Below are positions 57,281 through 64,000 of a stretch of 64,000 bases of DNA, piece after piece (the stretch's first letter is position 1; each line of letters begins with the position of its first letter). This DNA comes from Callorhinchus milii (Eukaryota). The notes below the pieces were generated by a model. That model searched no databases. It saw nothing but the letters and a program-made list of their open reading frames with translations, and was not told where the DNA came from. The stretch covers positions 16,306,001 to 16,370,000 of the forward strand of contig NW_024704747.1 in NCBI RefSeq assembly GCF_018977255.1, in the 5' to 3' direction. Both the position numbers and the translations under genes were made by a program.

Positions 57281-60200
57281 TGACCCCAAATCCACTCCAC
57301 CATGCCCCACGGTTATTCTTCAGTCAAGAGAATGAGAGGTGACTCCTGCCAAGTGTCTGCCGCTCTGCAGCCAGCCTGTGAGAGACGTACAGGAGTACCC
57401 AAGGTCACTGCCGTGTCCTGATTTCTATTCTTTTTGCTTAATGAACGCAGGCATGGAAATCAGGAGTTTAAGGCTTTGGGAATCATAGGAGAGACCCCAT
57501 GTTCCAATATTTGTATCAGCCATGTAATGACTACCCTCCATTTGGCTTATGCTATTTTTGTACCTTCCTCACTTGAAGGTACTTTTTGGTTTGAGACTAG
57601 TTTTATGGGTGGCAATAGCACTCCAGTATTTCACCCGAGCAGTCAATGATCCTCACTGATGAATGTCGACAGTCTACTTGTGTGAGACAACACAAGTGAG
57701 CCATATCCTGCCTTCACCTGAGGTCCACACATGCAGGGATTGCTGGGTAGCCATCAGGAACTTGAACTCTTGAACATTTTTTCCTTTCCCAAACTCAAAT
57801 CACTGAAGCTGATAGTTCTGTATCTGTTGTTTCCCTAGCTGAGATCAATTTCTCTCAGCTAAGACCAAATCTGCTGTTTGTTATTCTTTCTAGGCTTAAC
57901 TTCTCACTGAACACAGAATCGTCTGAAGACTAATATAATATTTATAATAAATGGATTTGATATAGCGGTTTTCACGATGGAATGATGTCTCAAAGCGCTG
58001 AAACAACAAAATGTACAACATTATCAATATTCTTGCATATACCTGAGTAGCATTGGGCAGCACGTGACCAGTGAGATGTGCTTCCAGTAGTCACGTGGCA
58101 CAGACTAACCAATAATTGTGACATTTGGCATTAATGCTTTCAAACCCTCCAACCTTTTTGTAATTACATCAACATCCTGTCCCTGCAAGTTACCAAAAAA
58201 CACATTTTTTATAACTATTTTACTAGGGCCTAAGATTGAATTACTATCAACTTATAAATTGAGTCATTATTTTGTTCTTCTAAAGAATCTTTCCCGCTTT
58301 ACGTTTTAAAAAGCTTTTGGGTGTCCTTTGAAGGTTTGAGAGGAAATGTACAAACATATCACTCCCATCAGTTGCATAAATGGTGGTTTTGATGCAACTC
58401 CAGTTAATGCATTGCACATTTGCGGCTCAGCAAAAAGATACGCCAAATATTTATTTATGAAAAATTCTGACTCCTGGCTTTGTCCAGAGCATCTGCATTT
58501 CCACCTTGCTCGAAATTAATCCCTTTCAGAGTTGAAATTGCAACTTGTGTTTGAAATTAAATTATGAATCCTTAATTTAGGATTTGAGTTTTCTCCAGCA
58601 ATGCTAACATCTTGGAGTTAGAAGTACTTTTCATCTAAAAAGTCTCGAAGCGCTTTACAGAATGAAACTAATTAAACTTGAAGTGAATGTTGTGGAGGCA
58701 AACACAGCAGCTAATCTGCACCGGCATCATCTTATAAACAGCATCATCTTATAAACAACAACAAGATAAGTAACCAATTTGTTTAAATTTTCCATTGGAA
58801 TTTTATTTGTTAACTTCACAATATGTTTCCAAAGTGCGCTGGCTGAGACTTCTGATCTTGGGGAGTTGACTCCAGAGTCTGAAAATAATCATTTGCTATT
58901 TTGTGTTTTCTTTCAATCCCCTATGATAATTCTCTATTGAGACAGAGGTTTGATGTTAGGATATAAGCTCAGAACTAAAATCCAATTAGTGTCTTAGATT
59001 CATCCCATTTATGAACTGCTCCAGTTTGTAGACAGTTTGAAATACCAGATGAGATTTTAGCGAACCTGATCTCTGCCCAGTTTACAGGAATTATTTTTGG
59101 GGGGTCAGCTGAGTGTCTTGACATGTGCAGAAACCCATCACCATACTTAAGAGTATCCAAACCAAACCCAACATGTATCCCACTTATATATGAAAATTCC
59201 CAAGATATTTGTTGGAATGGAATGTGCATTCTCTTTCTGAGGGGACACATCCTGCTTACCTGGAAAGTATGAGGTACACAATGGCAAGAGCCAAGGCTTG
59301 GGGACCTTAGAATGGGGTGTGGGGTACTGTTGGAGTCAAACCAGCTAAAACCGTATAGCTTGCCATTGATATCATTGTCTGCAAGCTTTCTTGCTCCCAC
59401 GAACAGGTTGATAAAAAGGGAACTAACTCACTTTCTCTTTCTCCCACCCCCACCCTACACTCTCTTTTCTGACTTCACGATATATGAGAAGTCCTGCATA
59501 GAACAGAGAAGGAAGCTGAATTCTCTGATTATTTAGTCAGTTACCGCACTGTGAAGTATGGGGCTGAGATGGGGAAGCTCCCTCCTGAGGTTTATTGGTC
59601 TGATGTGGGTACTGAGTAAGGGCAAGATTGAGCTTGGCCCTGTTCCCTGGTGTCGCAATGTTCAGCTAACAGTTATTATCAGGCTTACACCTAAAGAATT
59701 GTTGAGTGAGTCAGTGTACCATGGATAGCCAGTGCCTATCTTCAGCTCTGTCTAGGTCTCAGTTAATCCTTTTAGGAGGATGGGATCGAACAACAAGGCC
59801 TTAAAAACTCAGCTTGTTAGACGAGAGACAAATTGTTATCTTAATTGAAACAGAATATGTTAAGAAATACATAGGAAATATCTTTATTAAATCTGAGACA
59901 ATTTGTTTTTGACGGCTTCATAGATATGTTACGTGATGGAGGAAGTACCCTGGAGCATCTTGTCGGGTCAGAAGCTTTTGGCAATTTATACATGGTTTAT
60001 GTATAAACTAGAATTGTTAGTTTTCCAATGTTTGCTGATGACACATTCAAGGCTTTTATGCCGTAAACAAAAGTCTGTAAATGCAGTTCCCTTGTGTGTG
60101 GAAGAGTCGATGGTGGCAGGGCAGAGAGAGAGAACCCACTGTGATTCACACCACCCCCTGACAGAAGTCAGGAGTGGGGCCCCAGCATGCTTCATACCAG

Positions 60201-60744
60201 TGCATCCCACTTTCCATTTATATAACATGTTTGGTGGCAAGTCACACAGTTTAAACACAGCATGAAAGAAGCTGGTTCCAGATGAAAAGCCCCTTGTACT
60301 TCAGAATTTTTCTATTCCGAAGAGGGTTTGCTTCTTGGAGCACAGTGACTGATTGCTGTTGGCTACAGTTGATCAGTCGAGGTTCCAGTTTAGTGGAAAG
60401 GTCAATGCTTCGGGCCTCTTTAACTAAACCAAGCTAACTGCAGTTCCTTACTTTTCTGCTTGGTATCACTGCAATTACCTGGAAATAGACGTTTTTTTTG
60501 TATGAGGAACTAAGACCTGGTTATGTCATTTCCTTCCCATTTTCCTTGTTAGTGTTAAAAATAGTGAGGTAAATTTGACCTGTGCCATGGGTGAGGTGTA
60601 TTGTGAAGGGGCGGGAGGTAATAAATTCATCTGAAAACGTAACACTGAGACCATTGGTTAGGCACGTAAACTGGTGCCGAAGAGAAGATTGTTTCTGATT
60701 TTGTCTTCCCCCCTCACCATGCATCTGATGATGAGAGAGGAGCA

Positions 60745-61082
60745 GTTACTGTAGCTTAGTGGTTAGAGCACTCATCTCACTAGCGAGAGGACCTGGGTTT
60801 GAGTAGATTTCCTTACTCCACACGCCTCTCTTTACCTAGCAGTAAGTAGGAACCCGATTGTTAGTTAATTGGCGGAATGCTTTACCGGGAGTAATAATCC
60901 CTTTATATATAAAAAAATAATTTGGTCACTCATTCCACCACTGTTTGTGGGATACTGCTGTGTGCAATTGGCTGCCCACAAATTATACAGTTAATTCACT
61001 TTAAAGTATATTGTGTGAATATATTTTGAGACGTTTCGAAGGCTTGATAAGGCACTATATTCAATTGCAAGGAATATTATTA
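60745..61082 (+). mobile_element. tRNA-derived SINE, long subfamily, diverged
   Basis: Head TAGCTTAGTGGTTAGAGCACTC, extra module at 60828-60891, then Deu-like body and tail. Confidence 0.85.
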
Positions 61083-62027
61083 CAGTAAATGAGGAATAAA
61101 AGGAAAGAACAATGAAAATAATGACTGGCCCATTACATATTTTACCTGTATGCTCGTTTGAGCAGTTTTATTGAATGCATGCAGCAGGCTTTTCTGGCCC
61201 TATCATTAGTGTGCATACCTAACTATCCACTGAGAATTGCAAATGGCTGAAATTTCCAGCATAATTTGTGGAATTTGTAGACAAGGATATAAGATAAGTA
61301 GCATTTGTGGTGTGCGTTTGCCCGATAAGAAATGTCCTGATGCATTCATAGCAATAAGAAGCCTAGTCTTCTTCAGCCATTACATGATGCTGCCTCACTA
61401 CACCATAGCAGAAGGGGAGGATATACCAATGCACAGCAAAGTGGGAAAGTGTGCATCTGTATATATTTCCATATCAAACTGCAGAATACTAATTTACCCC
61501 GCGTGTGAGAGGCACTAAATCACTTGTGTTTCTGTTACAAGGCGCTGTATTCAGTTGCTCACTCCTGTGTGTGTATACCACAGAAATTGAAATACTCGAC
61601 AGGAGATTGTACAGTCTTCCTCCAGTCTGTCTTCAGGGAGAACATAACCTTGAATGAACTTTTCCTTTTTCCATATGGAATTTCAGTTTGACTTTTAAAG
61701 GTTACTTCAGTGGGAATGGAGTGTATTTACAGGTTGGCTGAGCCCACCACAGACGCATGTATTCTCTTCAGTTGCTTTGGCCCAGTATTAAGTTTTCTAC
61801 TGATGCAAAAGTTGAACTTTAAAAGGGCTTCAAAAGGGGCGTTCCTCTATTGAGACAGGAATTGTACTTGGGACATACAGGGTCTGTATTGCTCAGTTTA
61901 ACACAATTTGCAGCTTTCACAAACGAGTGTAAAGCTATACGTTTAAACTACAGAATATATAGTTGGCCTGGATTTAGGGTTTAGTTTGGTTTCTATTTGG
62001 ATTAATAAACAATCTCTTTTCTTCTAG

Positions 62028-62225
<198 letters not shown>

Positions 62226-63618
62226 TGACTGAGCAATTTGTTACAAGTTTGTATACAGCAATAGGTGTCGCTTTCCATTCAGACAGATAAAAGATACCTT
62301 CAAATGTGTTAATCTTCATTCATTTCAATGGCGTCTCTGCAATTGGGGCACCTACAGCCCATTCACATGGACATGGGGTGGAGGTTTCCTCCATCTCCAT
62401 TCTGCTTTTGAACTATTTTTTGCTCTGCTCTTTTGATTGCGTTGCCCAACCATTAATTCACCCCGTGCAGAAGGTGACATGCTCTTATGCCTTCAACATT
62501 GCTCAGAAAGCAACAGCCAAGCTTCATGTGTGTGTCTGCGTGTGCACCTGTCTGATAATCAAGGGATAACTTCTGTTTTTCTCTCTGTTTCTCCTGATGC
62601 ATTGAGTTGACCTCCACTGTGTTTATTGTGTCTTGAGAATGTGGTGCAAATGTCATCACACTGATACAACACACTGCTGTGGCAGCCTGAACTGTTTTTT
62701 ATCTTGTATTTTGGAGTTGAATGTTACTTTTGTAAACTTGCTTAAGGAAGCCTGCAAGGACGGTGACCCAACAGGCAAAAATGTTTTGATTCCAACGTCT
62801 GAACAAGCTGAGGCAAGAGGGCTTGTTCCCACTGTAAGAAATGGCAAACACTGAATGATCTACCTTTGTAGTCATACAACTGCTTGTTTATCGTATAGTT
62901 TAATGATACCCAGTCTCGGAAACATCATGACAGTATTTGGGAAATGAAAATAAGTGACATGTTTTGAACTATAACTGAGTCGAGCCTTATATGTTACAAA
63001 ATGCAGTTCAGATTAAATGGTAGATACTCAAAAGTAAGTTCTTTAAATTGTGCAAGTCAAAAATCCACCTGTAAATGAAGCTGGCATTGTGTGTGTATTA
63101 ACTTCACCTCCAAACTGAGGAACAAGCAAATCTTTTTGATGTTTTTTATGCACACCACGCACACCCACAGACAGACACAGACAGAGTCCAGTAACTCTTG
63201 TAAATGACAGTATCAGTTTTTTTATGGTTCTGGTTGATCTCTTGATGTTTGCTCTCAGTCCACAGTGAATATGTTATCGTGCTGCCTCATTGATTTGCTG
63301 CTTTCCTGGGCTATGGATGCCCTTTTGTTTGAAATGCCATTGGTGAACTGCCTTTTGAAATTTGGTTTGAAGCTGCCTGTGGCAACCTGATTTATGCTAA
63401 TGAAACCCATAGAGTTCAGAAAGAAATCTGTGCATGAAGAGTGCTCCTTTCATTTTTGGAACTGATCAGCAAAGATCACTCTCTGGTTCATATACTGCCC
63501 TCAATCCTGTTTTACTTCAAATAGCACTTTATCAATATCTTGTTAGAATACCCACACTGCAAGATTCACACCCACATCTTGATTGTTACACTTCACATAA
63601 TGTCATTCACCTTACATT

Positions 63619-63936
63619 GTGGAGTCCTGTAGTCAGTGGTTAGAGCACTCGCTTTGCAAGCGAGAGACCTGAGTTCAATTCCAGGCAGAGGGCGAAACCT
63701 TGGGCAAGTTTCCTTACTCCACACACCTAATAATAATCCCTCCAAAACCAAAAAACAATAATAAATTGGTAATTTTCAATTTACGACTGTTTGTGGGACA
63801 TTGCTGTGCGCAATTGGCTGCCACGTTCGCCCACAAATATACAGTCAATTCACTTTACAGTGTGTTCTGTGGAGCGCTTTGGGATGTCCTCCTGACGTGA
63901 AAAGCGCTATATCAAATGCAAGGATTATTATTATTA
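63619..63936 (+). mobile_element. Full-length young tRNA-Ala SINE (ABI2 intron 2)
   Basis: Near-identical to the other young copies, with a 1-nt deletion in the A box (TAGTCAGTGG). (ATT)n tail followed by (TG)/(TA) microsatellite. Confidence 0.95.
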
Positions 63937-64000
63937 TATTATTATTGTTGATACATATATGTGTGTGTGTATATATATATATATATAAAATGTCTTGGAG

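Noticed and set aside
58723-58757. 17-bp tandem duplication GCATCATCTTATAAACA
   Set aside because: Ordinary slippage duplication inside a decayed SINE.
12331-61518. Numerous 60-170 aa ORFs in ABI2 intron 1
   Set aside because: No recognisable homology apart from TE remnants, many have non-ATG starts, and their lengths are as expected by chance.

Overview
This is vertebrate genomic DNA, most likely from a cartilaginous fish, judging by the Deu-type SINE, L2, CR1 and Penelope repeat content. The + strand carries the last coding exon of CYP20A1 (2871-3021), which the ORF track misses. It then carries the CpG-island promoter, exon 1 (11393-11509), a ~50.5 kb intron and exon 2 (62028-62195) of ABI2, the same gene order as in human. 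The rest is non-coding and rich in retroposons: young tRNA-Ala-headed SINEs with L2-like tails, older Deu-type SINEs, decayed L2 and CR1 LINEs with nested insertions, a non-autonomous Helitron and a Penelope-like fragment with a hammerhead-ribozyme motif. The most unusual signal is a ~16-copy 47/48-bp minisatellite made of RFX X-box-like sites directly at the ABI2 promoter. From its far edge, a chain of minus-strand splice sites and partly decayed reading frames runs back across CYP20A1, suggesting an unannotated divergent gene or pseudogene. Family names are from recall, not database searches, and repeat boundaries are approximate.
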